Below are positions 12,479-23,670 of a stretch of DNA of 64,000 nucleotides, piece by piece. Position 1 is the first letter of the stretch. Every line of letters starts with the position of its first letter. Position numbers and translations under genes: made by a program. Source of the DNA: an uncultured delta proteobacterium (GTDB lineage: Bacteria > Myxococcota > Myxococcia > Myxococcales > Myxococcaceae). The notes below the pieces were generated by a model. It was not told the DNA's origin. It made no database searches and saw only the letters and a list, made by a program, of their open reading frames with translations. Location: contig CAVZMH010000022.1 in NCBI GenBank assembly GCA_963776345.1, positions 64,001 through 128,000 of the forward strand, in the 5' to 3' direction.

Positions 12479-12543
12479 GAGGGGTCGACTAGACAGGAAA
12501 TGCACCTGACTATTTCTGGGAAATAGACAGGTGACTTGCCTGA
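12479..12543 (-). repeat. 65-bp palindromic REP-like element, copy B (inverted relative to copy A)
   Basis: Hairpin CACCTGACTATTTC-TGG-GAAATAGACAGGTG; AT-rich against the ~70% GC background. Confidence 0.85.
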
Positions 12544-12930
12544 ATAGTCTGGACCGCCGCTCGACGCTGGCAGTGAGAGCCTCGCGTCCTGGACTCTGTC
12601 ACGGCCGCGATGAGCGTCCGACGCTGCTCCGTTCCCAGCCACGGACCGTGGGCGCGGCCGTGCGCTCGCCTCGGCCGCCTCCGCGGGTGGCGCGCCCGAG
12701 CTCATGCTGCACCCTGGTGACTTTCTCGGCGCGTTCGCTGCACATGCGCTCCCCGCGGAGCTCTCCTCGGCCAGTGTGCTCCGCGCGCGGGCGCCCCGTG
12801 CAGTCCTCGACCGCCAGGAGTCGCCGGCCCGTGAGCTCGGGTCCAGCGCGCTGGACCTCGGCGACGCGAACGCTGCGCGCGCCGCTCCTCGGCTTCGAGG
12901 AGTCGGCGCGCCGCGACGCCGGGAGATGAG

Positions 12931-15141
12931 TCACTCCGTCCAGAGCCGCCGGTACCACGGACGCGGGTTCTTCACGTCCGCGCCGTCCGGCCCCATCTTC
13001 CGGCGGATGTCATCCATGGGCCACCCGGTGAGCGAGGCCAGCGTCTCGGCCTCCTTGCTGCGCCGCTCGCGCAGCCGCTCGCGGTAGGCGTCCATCGCGC
13101 TGCACTCCGAGGCGCCCTGGTACGGGTGCTGGAGGATGTACCGCCCCTGGAAGTTGCTCCGGTCCGACGTCTCCTGGAACACCAGGTCCTCCGGGAAGTG
13201 CGCGCCGTCGTAGCGGACGTGGAGCCGGGTGAGCAGCACGTTCACCGGCCCGCCCACCGGAGCGCGACGGCCGAACGCCGGGCCGAGCGAGCCCGACGGG
13301 CCCTCGTCCAGCCAGAACACCCCGAGCTGCCGCAGCTCCTCCCGGCTCAGGGGCTGCGCGGCGCACGGGTCGCACCAGCCCATGTCCCAGACGTACTCGG
13401 TGAACACCGCCCGGCGGTCCTCCTTGTCGACGGAGCGGGCGAAGGCGTCCTGGTAGAACTTCCCGAAGTCGCTCCTCACGAACAGCGGCACGTTCACGTC
13501 CGTGGGGATGCGGGTGGTGCGGTAGTTCACCGACTCCACCCGGCCCCGGCGGGTCAGCGCGTAGACGATCATGTCCTGGGGCCCGGCGGCGTTGGCCATC
13601 CCGAGGCGGATGGGGAGCATGAACTTCTTCGACTCGTAGGCGATCTGCAGCGGCCGGAGGTACTGCACGCCGCTGGCCTTCTGGGCCTCGAGGTTCACCC
13701 GGGCCACGAAGAACTTCATGTCCTGGCGGATGTACGGCTGGAGCGCGGCCGCGGCCTTGGCCGGGATGCGGTAGCCGTTCTCCCGGAGCCAGGTCTCGAG
13801 CCCCTCGGACTGCTTCGCGCCGAGGATGAGGATGTCGTACTCGCCCACGCTGTAACGGGCCTCGATGCGGACGCCGAGCGCCTCGTCGCGCTTCTTCTCC
13901 GCGCTGGAGCGCATCGCCATGTCCGCGCTGGGCGCCCCCGCCGCCTTGGCCATCGGATAGACCTGCATGCAGGGGTCCGGGTCGAAGTACTCGACCAGGC
14001 GGGGCGCCGAGTAGGCGTCGAGGTGCTCCAGGAGCCGGCGGTCGCCGACGTGGATCTGCTCGCGCTCCAGCACGGTGGGCACCGGCACCACCAGGGCGAA
14101 CTCGGTGAGCGGCCCGCGGTAGTCGTTGCTCATGGTGAGCACGGTGCGGTCTCCGTCGCGCACCAGCGCCACCTGCGACGACTCGTTGAACAGCTGGGTG
14201 TCGGCCTTTCCCACGTAAAATCCACAGAACGCCGAGGCCGGCGAGGGGTGCAGGAGCACGAGGAGGGGCAGGACCAGCAGCGGCAGGACACGACGGGCGG
14301 CGGGGACGGGCACGGCGACGACTCCTTGGGGTGAGAGCTGGCCGGACGGCCAGGTGAAGCGGGACGCAGGGAAGAGGCGGTCGAGCAGCGGCACCACCGG
14401 CGATGCCAGCAGGAGCGCCCAGACCGGCGCGTTCATCACCCAGGCCTGGTGCTGGAGGACGAAGGCCAGGACTGCCACCGCGACTCCGAAGCCGATCCGC
14501 GCCGAGCGCCGGTCGGGCGTGGTCTTCGGATCGGAGATCATGAAGAAGGTGAAGAGGATGAGGCTCCCCACCAGGAGCTGGTGGCCGAGCACCGCCGGCC
14601 GCTGCCCGAGCCACAGCACCCGGGCCAGCTTCAGCGCCACCCAGCTCCCGAGGAAGGCGAGGCTCACGTCGCTGCGGAAGCTCCGCTGCACCACCGCCAG
14701 CCCCAGCACCGCGAACCAGGCCAGCAGCGCCATGCCCTCGCCCCACTGGCTCGGCGAGCACCAGGCGTGGCCGGTGAGGAGGATGCAGCTGGTGAGCCCC
14801 AGCATCCCCGGGTTGAAGACGTGCTTGCCGCGGACCCGGACCAGGTACTTGGCCCCGATGGCGATGACCGCGGCGAGCGGAGGCACCCAGACCGCGTCGG
14901 TCCGGAGCAAGAGCGACAGGCCGAGCGCGGTGATGAGCGGCGAGCGGAATCCGCTCGCGGGCAGCCGCAAGAGCCGCTCGCAGGCCCACTGGACGGCGCA
15001 GGTGGACGCGAGGAGCAGGGGCGGCATCCAGGGCTCGACTTGCAGCCCGAGGAAAGCCACCCCGAGCACCAGGAAGCTGGCGAGGAAGGCGATCTGGAGA
15101 AGACGTGGATCGCGAGGGAGCAGGCGCTGGAGCGGACGCAT
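12931..15141 (-). CDS. RnfD/NqrB-like membrane domain fused in frame to a secreted DUF2330-type domain (internal SD+GTG at 14313)
   Basis: N-half: DPRLLQI, KHVFNP, FFMISDPKTTP. C-half: signal-like ..ASAFCGFYV, SAPRLVEYFDPDPC, LPIRLG, TRLHVRY, NFQGRY. Confidence 0.75.
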   Translation of the reverse strand: MRPLQRLLPRDPRLLQIAFLASFLVLGVAFLGLQVEPWMPPLLLASTCAVQWACERLLRLPASGFRSPLITALGLSLLLRTDAVWVPPLAAVIAIGAKYLVRVRGKHVFNPGMLGLTSCILLTGHAWCSPSQWGEGMALLAWFAVLGLAVVQRSFRSDVSLAFLGSWVALKLARVLWLGQRPAVLGHQLLVGSLILFTFFMISDPKTTPDRRSARIGFGVAVAVLAFVLQHQAWVMNAPVWALLLASPVVPLLDRLFPASRFTWPSGQLSPQGVVAVPVPAARRVLPLLVLPLLVLLHPSPASAFCGFYVGKADTQLFNESSQVALVRDGDRTVLTMSNDYRGPLTEFALVVPVPTVLEREQIHVGDRRLLEHLDAYSAPRLVEYFDPDPCMQVYPMAKAAGAPSADMAMRSSAEKKRDEALGVRIEARYSVGEYDILILGAKQSEGLETWLRENGYRIPAKAAAALQPYIRQDMKFFVARVNLEAQKASGVQYLRPLQIAYESKKFMLPIRLGMANAAGPQDMIVYALTRRGRVESVNYRTTRIPTDVNVPLFVRSDFGKFYQDAFARSVDKEDRRAVFTEYVWDMGWCDPCAAQPLSREELRQLGVFWLDEGPSGSLGPAFGRRAPVGGPVNVLLTRLHVRYDGAHFPEDLVFQETSDRSNFQGRYILQHPYQGASECSAMDAYRERLRERRSKEAETLASLTGWPMDDIRRKMGPDGADVKNPRPWYRRLWTE

Positions 15142-15223
15142 CGTCCGCCTTGAACGGGACCGCCCAGGAAAGGATCTCCGAGGCGCTCCCGCGCTCCCCG
15201 GGCGGGTGGTACCTTCCCCCACC

Positions 15224-15493
15224 ATGTCCACGCCCGACTACGCCGCCATCCGGCTCGGAGACCAGGTCTACACGGGGGAAGGCGCAGACCCGGTCGGCGC
15301 CGTCCGCGAGCTGCGGAGCGGCCCGCATCCCGCGCTGGTCGTCTACATCGAGAACGCCGGCGACGTCGCCATCCCGGTGACCGCCATCCGGTCGGTGCAC
15401 GACGGCAAGGTGGTGCTCGATCCCGACAAGCTCGAGGACCGCGTGCGCCGGGCGCTGGGCCACGTGCGCGACGGCGAGGTCCCAGGCTGGTAG
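15224..15493 (+). CDS. Small PRC-barrel-like hypothetical protein
   Basis: IRLGDQVY..VGAVRE..LVVYIENAGD..IPVTAIRSVHDGKVVLD. Confidence 0.6.
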   Translation: MSTPDYAAIRLGDQVYTGEGADPVGAVRELRSGPHPALVVYIENAGDVAIPVTAIRSVHDGKVVLDPDKLEDRVRRALGHVRDGEVPGW

Positions 15494-15497
15494 CGGG

Positions 15498-15598
15498 AAA
15501 AAAAACCGGCGAGCCGCGGCCCGAAGGCCGACGGCTCAGACCGGCGGGCGCTGAACCGGGGGGAGAATCCAGCAGCCCTGCCTCGAAAACGTCGAGGC
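15498..15598 (-). ncRNA. Candidate three-stem-loop small RNA ending in an intrinsic terminator
   Basis: Minus strand: SL1 GCCUCGA/UCGAGGC; SL2 GGGCuGCUGGA..UUCAGCGCCC with CUCCCCCC loop; SL3 with cUUCGg tetraloop followed by U8. Confidence 0.45.
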
Positions 15599-15632
15599 CC
15601 GACCAATCATTCCCCCCATTGCCTCGATTCGC

Positions 15633-16052
15633 CTAGTTTTTTTGCGGGGGCGCCGTGCGCCTGGCCTCTGCCTGGAGCTCGGCCAGGCGGCCCGCCAGCC
15701 CCGGGCGGAGATAGGGGCGCCGGGCGAGCTGATCCTCGAGCCAGGCCGCCACGTCCCCCGCCGACGTCTTCCGCTCCAGCAGAAGGTCCACGTGCGAGCG
15801 CGCGGCGAGCACCGCCACCTCGCGGAGGTGGGGGTCGTCGGCGTCGCGCGAGAGCCGGAGGTCGGCCTCCTCGAGCGCCTGGGCAAAGTTTCCGCTGCGG
15901 ATCATCGCCACCGCCCGGGACTGCACCACCCGTGCGGCAAGCAGCCCGCGGACGGCGAACGCCAGCACCGCCGCCAGCCCCAGCACGCCCACCACCACCC
16001 AGCGGGTGGCGGGGTGGGAGCGGACGTCCGGACTGTCGGTCATCGCCTTCAC
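15633..16052 (-). CDS. Hypothetical membrane-anchored helical protein
   Basis: N-terminal TM WVVVGVLGLAAVLAFAV; downstream of aat on the same strand. Confidence 0.55.
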   Translation of the reverse strand: MKAMTDSPDVRSHPATRWVVVGVLGLAAVLAFAVRGLLAARVVQSRAVAMIRSGNFAQALEEADLRLSRDADDPHLREVAVLAARSHVDLLLERKTSAGDVAAWLEDQLARRPYLRPGLAGRLAELQAEARRTAPPQKN

Positions 16053-16065
16053 CAGGGGGAAGCCT

Positions 16066-16767
16066 CTAACGCCGATGGCCGAGCGATGCGAAGACCGGGT
16101 GCAGGGGCGGGCTCCCCTGGACCGCCGGCCCCAGCAGCTGGAGGAACCGGCGCCGGGACACGTCCGCCGCGCCGAACCGCGCCAGGTGCTCGGTCTCCAC
16201 CTGGCAATCGATGAGCAGGCACCCGGCGTCGAACAGCGACCGGGCCAGGGTCACGAACGCCGCCTTCGACGCGTCGGGGCCCCGGCTGAACATGCTCTCG
16301 CCAAAGAAGACCCGCCCCAGGGCCACGCCGTAGAGCCCGCCCACCAGCGCGCCGTCCTTCCACGCCTCCACCGAGTGGGCATGCCCCAGCCGGTGGAGCG
16401 CGAGGTAGGCGGCGTGCATCTCGGGGGTGATCCAAGTGCCGTCCTGGCCCGGCCGGGGCGCCTCGGCGCAGGCACGCAGCACCTCGTCGAAGGCGGTGTC
16501 GGCGCGGATCTCGTACGTCCCCTTCCGCAGCACCTTCTCCAGGCTCCGGGGCACGTGCAGGTGGCCCAGGAGCAGCACGAACCGTGGGTCCGGCGAGTGC
16601 CAGAGGATGGGCTGCCCCTCCGAGTACCAGGGGAAGATGCCGCGCCGGTACCCGGCGAGCAGGCGCGCGGGCGTGAGGTCGCCGCCGACCGCCAGGAGGC
16701 CCGAGCGGTCCGCCCGCTCGGGGGGCGGAAAGGACTCAGGATCCTGACCGAGGAGGAACACCGTCAC
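16066..16767 (-). CDS. aat: Leucyl/phenylalanyl-tRNA--protein transferase
   Basis: GLLAVGGDL, YRRGIFPW, WHSPDPR, TWI, AHSVEAW, GGLYGV, FFGESMFS, DASK, IDCQ. Confidence 0.95.
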   Translation of the reverse strand: MTVFLLGQDPESFPPPERADRSGLLAVGGDLTPARLLAGYRRGIFPWYSEGQPILWHSPDPRFVLLLGHLHVPRSLEKVLRKGTYEIRADTAFDEVLRACAEAPRPGQDGTWITPEMHAAYLALHRLGHAHSVEAWKDGALVGGLYGVALGRVFFGESMFSRGPDASKAAFVTLARSLFDAGCLLIDCQVETEHLARFGAADVSRRRFLQLLGPAVQGSPPLHPVFASLGHRR

Positions 16768-16809
16768 GCGCCGTCACCCGGGGACTTCTTGTAGCATCCA
16801 CGCCGAGGC

Positions 16810-17442
16810 GTGCCCCCCTCGTCGAGGCCTCCCAATCTCAACCGCGCCATCCGCGCGCTGATGCGCGACCTCTCGGTGCGCTCGCCCGAGTTCGCCCATC
16901 TGGTACCAGCGAAGGTGCTGGTGGTGGCCGGCGAGGCGCGCCGGGGCTCGCGCGGCTCGGTGAAGCCCCTGGCCTTCGCCCGGGGCAAGAGCCGGGATCG
17001 CTCCGGGGCGAGGAAGCCGGTGGTGCGGGTGGACGGGCGGCGGATGCTCTACTGCGTCACCCTGCGCCCGCTGTTCTTCCGCGACTCGCGGCCCGAGCAG
17101 CGCCTGGAGACCCTGCTCCACGAGCTGTACCACGTGAGCCCGGCCTTCGACGGGACGCTGGATCCGGTGCGCCGTCATGCGCGGATGGGCGGGACGTTCT
17201 CCCGGCGCTTCCGCCCGGTGGTGCGCCGCTACCTTCGCCAGTGTCCGCCCGAGGTGCTGGCGCCCTTCAGGCACCACGGTCCGGTGCGCATCCTCGCCTG
17301 GCTGGAGCGCCCGCCCGCGACCCACGCCCGGGGACGCTCACGGCGCGTCTACACCGAGGAGCAGCTCTACACCGCCACGGTCCAGATGCTGACCCGCCGG
17401 AAGCACCGCGCGGGCGAGACTGGGCGACTCCCCCCGGGTTAG
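16810..17442 (+). CDS. Putative zinc metallopeptidase (HExxH)
   Basis: RLETLLHELYHVSPAFDGTL. Confidence 0.65.
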   Translation: MPPSSRPPNLNRAIRALMRDLSVRSPEFAHLVPAKVLVVAGEARRGSRGSVKPLAFARGKSRDRSGARKPVVRVDGRRMLYCVTLRPLFFRDSRPEQRLETLLHELYHVSPAFDGTLDPVRRHARMGGTFSRRFRPVVRRYLRQCPPEVLAPFRHHGPVRILAWLERPPATHARGRSRRVYTEEQLYTATVQMLTRRKHRAGETGRLPPG

Positions 17443-17458
17443 TCTCACCGGCGCTCCG

Positions 17459-19084
<1,626 letters not shown>

Positions 19085-19185
19085 TCCCCTCGCCCCGTGA
19101 ATAAGTTCGGCCGCTTCTGCGTCCAGGCGTGTGGCTCGGCCCGCTCCTTGCGGGGGCTGGTCGGGCGGGGAAGGATTGTCCGGCG

Positions 19186-20535
19186 ATGCTGAGGCGGCGC
19201 GCACGACTGCTGGCGGTGGCGGCGGCCCTGCTCTGGGGCCCGCTGGCCATCTCCACCCGCGCCCTGGCGCAGGAGGAGCCCATCCCCCAGCCCGAGGGGG
19301 ACGCGGACGTCACCAGCTTCGACGAGACGCTCTCGCCCTACGGGCAGTGGGTGGACACGGGCGAGGGGCCCAACGACGGGCGCGCCTGGCGCCCCGACCC
19401 GGACGTGGTCGGCGAGGACTTTCAGCCGTATGCCACCGGCGGCCGCTGGGTCTACTCGGACTGGGGCTGGACCTGGGAGAGTGACTACCCGTGGGGGTGG
19501 GCGCCGTTCCACTACGGGCGCTGGGCGATGACCCCCTCCTGGGGCTGGGTCTGGTACCCGGGGATGGTCTGGGCCCCCGCCTGGGTCGACTGGCGCTTCG
19601 GGGGCGGGTACATCGGCTGGGCGCCGCTGCCCCCGGTGGGCTTCGCGGTCGTCGTCCAGCCCTGGCGGCCCTACTGGTGCTTCGTCCCGAGCAACGCCTT
19701 CATCTACCGCGACGTGTGGGCCTACCGGCTCCCCGTGGACCGCATTCACTCGGCGTACGCGGCCACCGTGCCGGTCCACCAGGCGGTGAGCTACGGGCGA
19801 GCCCGCTGGTATGCCGGGCCCCCCGTACCCCAGGTGGAGCGCGCCGTGGGCCGGCCCGTGCCCCGGGTGACGGGCTTCACCCCGCCGCCCCCGGGCCGGG
19901 TGCAGCCGGTGCTTCCTCCCTCCCGCGGCGGGACCGGCACCCTGGCCCCGCGGCCGAGCCAGCCGTTCCCCGGAGTGGCCCCCGCCCGGCCGGCGACCCC
20001 CGGCGGCTCGGTGTCCGCGCCCAGCAGCGGCTTCCGCGCGCCGAGCACCCCGAGCCCGTACCGCGGGAGCCCGTCGACAGGAGGGGGCGGGGTCGCAGCG
20101 CCCCGTCCCGCGACGCCTGGCACCAGCGCTCCCTCGGGACCGTCGGCCCCGGGTCCCCGCCCGCGCTCGCTCGGGTACTGGACGCCGCAGCAACGCTCGA
20201 GCGGGTCGCCCGCGGTCGCGGGCCAGCGAGGCTTCGGCGCTCCCTCGAGCTCGCAGACGTTCGGCACGCCGTCCCGCGGCTTCTCCAGCCCCTCGACGGG
20301 CGGGTTCGGCGCGCCGTCGCGCAGCTTCTCGACCCCGTCCCCGTCGCGCAGCTTCTCCTCGTCGCCGGGCGGCTTCTCGGCCCCCTCGCGCGGCTTCTCC
20401 GCCCCCTCGGCGCCCCGCGTGGGCGGCGGCGGTGGGGTGCACGTCGGCGGAGGGGGCGGCACCGCCGTGGGTGGCGGCGGTCACTCGGGTGGCAGCGGCG
20501 GCGGCCACTCGGGTGGCGTCGGCGGACACCGCTAG
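19186..20535 (+). CDS. Secreted DUF6600-type protein (Trp/Gly-rich) with Pro/Ser/Gly low-complexity tail
   Basis: Signal peptide; LSPYGQW, PYATGGRWVY, WGWAPFHYGRW, WAPAWV, IGWAPLPP; repeated GFSAPSR-like units. Confidence 0.8.
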   Translation: MLRRRARLLAVAAALLWGPLAISTRALAQEEPIPQPEGDADVTSFDETLSPYGQWVDTGEGPNDGRAWRPDPDVVGEDFQPYATGGRWVYSDWGWTWESDYPWGWAPFHYGRWAMTPSWGWVWYPGMVWAPAWVDWRFGGGYIGWAPLPPVGFAVVVQPWRPYWCFVPSNAFIYRDVWAYRLPVDRIHSAYAATVPVHQAVSYGRARWYAGPPVPQVERAVGRPVPRVTGFTPPPPGRVQPVLPPSRGGTGTLAPRPSQPFPGVAPARPATPGGSVSAPSSGFRAPSTPSPYRGSPSTGGGGVAAPRPATPGTSAPSGPSAPGPRPRSLGYWTPQQRSSGSPAVAGQRGFGAPSSSQTFGTPSRGFSSPSTGGFGAPSRSFSTPSPSRSFSSSPGGFSAPSRGFSAPSAPRVGGGGGVHVGGGGGTAVGGGGHSGGSGGGHSGGVGGHR

Positions 20536-20557
20536 CGGCCGCGCCGGGGGGCCGCGG

Positions 20558-21073
20558 GTGAGCAAGCCCCAGCCCGAACCCGAGAGCGGGAGCCCGGAGA
20601 GTGTCGTCCGGGGGTGGATCCGCTTCGGCCGCTCGTCGTTCCGGGCGCTGCTGCAGCGGGTGCTCCGCTCCTGGGCTGCCCGGAGCCTCCAGGTCGGCGC
20701 GCTCACCACGGTGGTGGACGTCTGCGTGCTCCTGGTCTGTGTCCGGCTCCTCCGGCTCCCGACCCCGGTGAGCGCCGCGGCCGGCGTGGCGGTGGGCGCG
20801 ACGCTGGCCTTCTTCCTGAACCGCATCTTCGCCTTCCGGGCGCGGGGGACGCCGGTGGCGGGTCAGGCGGTGCGCTTCATCCTCTCCACGCTCATCGCCA
20901 TGACGATCCACGCCTCGCTGGTGGGCATCCTCGCCGACCGCTTCGACGTCCCGGTGGTGGTGGCCAAGCTCATCGCCGACGTGCTGGTCTTCAGCATCGG
21001 CCAGCTGCTGGTGATGCGCTTCCTGGTGTTCAGGAAGTCGCCGCACGGGGCGGCGGGGCAGCCGCCGAGCTGA
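20558..21073 (+). CDS. GtrA-family membrane protein
   Basis: VGALTTVVD, FFLNRIFAF, four TM segments. Confidence 0.8.
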   Translation: MSKPQPEPESGSPESVVRGWIRFGRSSFRALLQRVLRSWAARSLQVGALTTVVDVCVLLVCVRLLRLPTPVSAAAGVAVGATLAFFLNRIFAFRARGTPVAGQAVRFILSTLIAMTIHASLVGILADRFDVPVVVAKLIADVLVFSIGQLLVMRFLVFRKSPHGAAGQPPS

Positions 21074-23026
21074 CTACCGCGCCGGGCGCGCGGCGCTGCC
21101 CTGCGAGGACGCCTCGCCGGGGACCTGCGCCTCGAGCCGCTTCACCGCCTCCACCGCGGGCGACAGATCGGCCTGCCGGGCGACGGCCTCGCGGTACTCG
21201 CGGAGCGCGTCCTTCTTCCGGTCCTGCGACTCGTAGAGCTGGCCCAGGTAGAAGTGGGGCGCGCCAAAGTTGGGGTCCACCGCCAGGCTCGCCTTGAAGG
21301 CCTTCTCGGCCTCCGCGGGCTGGCCGCGCTCGAACAGCACCTGGCCGAGGTACATGTGGGCCAAGGGCTGGCGGCTGTCCGTCGCCAGCACGCTCCTCAG
21401 CGTCTTGAGCGCGGTGTCCGGGTCGCCGCCCCGGAAGTAGAGCGAGCCGAGCTCGGCCCGGGCCTCGAGCTGGGTCGGGTCGCGCCGGACCAGCTGCTCC
21501 AGCTCCGGCAGGGCCAGATCCGGTCGACCGCGGCGCGAGTGGAGCACGCCCAGCCGCGAGAGCACCGCGGTGTCGTCCGGATGGCGCTCCTTGGCCCGTC
21601 CCAGCACTCGCTCGGCGGCGGCGTAGTCGCCCTTGGCCAGGTAGAGGTCGGCGAGGCCGAGGGCCGCGGCGGTGTCGTCCGGGGACTCCTTGAGCACCGC
21701 CTGGTACAGCGGCTCGGCCTTGGCGCTCACCCGCTTGCGAGCGTAGAGGGCGGCGAGCTCGAGGCGGGCCTCGCTGGTGGGCTCGAGCTGCAGCCGCCGC
21801 TCGGCCTCGACGATCGCCCCGTCCAGGTCGCCCATGGCGAGGTGGGCGTCGGCCAGCGCGGCGCGGGCGCTCCCGTCCTGGGGGAACTCGCGCACCGCCT
21901 TCTCCAGCACCGCCACCGCCTCCTTGAACCGGCCCAGGCCCACGTAGGCGATGGCCAGCCCGCGGTACGCCTCGGTGCTGCGCGAGGCCTTCCGGTCCTC
22001 GGCCATGAGCGCGATGGCCTTCTGGAACGCCGCGACGGCCTGGGTGCGCTTGCCCTGCTTCAAGTACAGCTGCCCGAGCTGGGTGTACGGCGCGCTGGCG
22101 CTGGGGTTGACGCTCTGGGCGCGGGCGAACGCCTGGTTGGCGCGGATGTTGTCTCCGGTGCGGAAGTACGACAGCCCGAGGTTGAACCAGGCTTCGGCGG
22201 AGCGCGGGTCCTCCTTCGTCGCGGCGAGGAACTCGCGGCGCGCACCCTCGAAGTCGTCCTTCCAGTCGAGCGCCACGCCGAGGTTGTTGTGCGCTTGCGA
22301 CGAGCGCGGTTCGAGCTGGAGGGTGCGCTCGAACGCCCCGATGGCCCCGGCCACGTTGCCCTCGCGGAGGAGCAGCACGCCGAGGTTGTAGTGGGTGGCC
22401 GGGTCGAGCGGGGCGGCCTGCGTGGCGGCCATCAAGAGCTCCTTGGCCTCCCCGGTGAGCCCCTTCTCGGCCAGCGCCTTGGCCAGGTTCACCTTGGCCA
22501 CGGTGAGGTTGGGGTCGAGCTCCAGCGCCTTCCGGTACGTGGCGATGGCCTCGTCCACCCGGGCGCTCCGCTGGAGCGACTCGGCAAGGTTGAAGTGGGC
22601 GGTGGCGTCGCGCGGCTGCAGCTCGGTGACCCGGGTCCAGGCGCGGACCGCGCCCTCGTTGTCGTCCAGCGAGCGGGCCAGGAGCGCGCGCTCCACGTGC
22701 AGCGCGGGGTCGGAGGGGCTCGAGGCGATGGCCGCGTCGAGCAGCGTCTTGGCCTCCGCCGCCTCGCCGGCGAGCCGCAGCGCGCGAACGAGCAGCAGCG
22801 TGCTCTCGGGCCCCGGCTGCCGGCGCGCCAGCTCGCGCAGGGGCGGCACCGCCTTGTCCGGCTCCTCCAGCGAGAGGTAGGCGATGCCCAGCCGGCGGAG
22901 CGCGTCGGCGTCGTCCGGCGAGTCGCGGAGCCGGGCCTCGTCGGCCTTCACCGACTCGCGGAGCTTGCCCGTCTCGGGTCCGGCGAGGAGCAGCAGCAGC
23001 GCCGGGAGGAACGCCGCTCCTGCCAT
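21074..23026 (-). CDS. Secreted multi-TPR protein (last gene of the Glt-like cluster)
   Basis: Signal MAGAAFLPALLLLLAG; many TPRs (AHFNLAE, THYNLGV, AHNNLGV, AWFNLGL). Confidence 0.85.
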   Translation of the reverse strand: MAGAAFLPALLLLLAGPETGKLRESVKADEARLRDSPDDADALRRLGIAYLSLEEPDKAVPPLRELARRQPGPESTLLLVRALRLAGEAAEAKTLLDAAIASSPSDPALHVERALLARSLDDNEGAVRAWTRVTELQPRDATAHFNLAESLQRSARVDEAIATYRKALELDPNLTVAKVNLAKALAEKGLTGEAKELLMAATQAAPLDPATHYNLGVLLLREGNVAGAIGAFERTLQLEPRSSQAHNNLGVALDWKDDFEGARREFLAATKEDPRSAEAWFNLGLSYFRTGDNIRANQAFARAQSVNPSASAPYTQLGQLYLKQGKRTQAVAAFQKAIALMAEDRKASRSTEAYRGLAIAYVGLGRFKEAVAVLEKAVREFPQDGSARAALADAHLAMGDLDGAIVEAERRLQLEPTSEARLELAALYARKRVSAKAEPLYQAVLKESPDDTAAALGLADLYLAKGDYAAAERVLGRAKERHPDDTAVLSRLGVLHSRRGRPDLALPELEQLVRRDPTQLEARAELGSLYFRGGDPDTALKTLRSVLATDSRQPLAHMYLGQVLFERGQPAEAEKAFKASLAVDPNFGAPHFYLGQLYESQDRKKDALREYREAVARQADLSPAVEAVKRLEAQVPGEASSQGSAARPAR

Positions 23027-23670
23027 CACAGCTTCTCCACGAAGGGACTGGCCCGGGCGTCGAACGTCTTCCGGGCCAGCACGTCGCGCTTCTTCTCCCA
23101 CTCGGCCCGGGCCCGCTCCATCCGCTCCTGCTCGGGCTTGGAGGCCTTCTTCTTCTCGCCCAGCTCGGCCTCGCAGGTCTTCACTTGCTGCTCGAAGTCC
23201 TTGGGCTCGTAGCGCTCGCTGCCGGGCACCTTCACCTTGCGCACCGCGGTGAGCCGCGCGAGCTGGTACCGGGCCACCGCGCAGGTTCGGTTCAGCTCGT
23301 CGAGCGTGCGGTTCCGGGTGTTGAGATCCTGCTTGGCCCGCAGGTACTCCACCCGGGCCTGGGCCTCCTCGCGGGCCAGCACCGCCACGTCCTTGCTGGG
23401 CTGGTCCTTGGCCTGGCCGATCTCTTCGCTGGCCAGCGACTCGGACTTCTTGGCCCGGCGGATCTGGTCGCGGGTGCGGAGGATCTCGTTCTCCCCCTCG
23501 TCCACCTTGTCGTAGGCGACGAAGAGGTCGTTCTCCGCCTCCACCAGGTCGATCTTGTTCTCGTAGGTGAGCGTGTTCACCATGTCGTCGGGCACCTTGC
23601 GGCCGTACTTGCCGCCGCAGCCCGCGGCCATGAGGAGCGCCCACCACCACGCCGTCGTGCGCAGGGTCAT
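23026..23670 (-). CDS. Coiled-coil lipoprotein, hypothetical
   Basis: Lipobox LMAAGC; heptad-rich; abuts both neighbours. Confidence 0.75.
   Translation of the reverse strand: MTLRTTAWWWALLMAAGCGGKYGRKVPDDMVNTLTYENKIDLVEAENDLFVAYDKVDEGENEILRTRDQIRRAKKSESLASEEIGQAKDQPSKDVAVLAREEAQARVEYLRAKQDLNTRNRTLDELNRTCAVARYQLARLTAVRKVKVPGSERYEPKDFEQQVKTCEAELGEKKKASKPEQERMERARAEWEKKRDVLARKTFDARASPFVEKL

Noticed and set aside
12550..12930. Possible small ORFs between repeat B and the DUF2330 gene
   Set aside because: No frame has recognisable motifs or a convincing start; possibly a decayed gene
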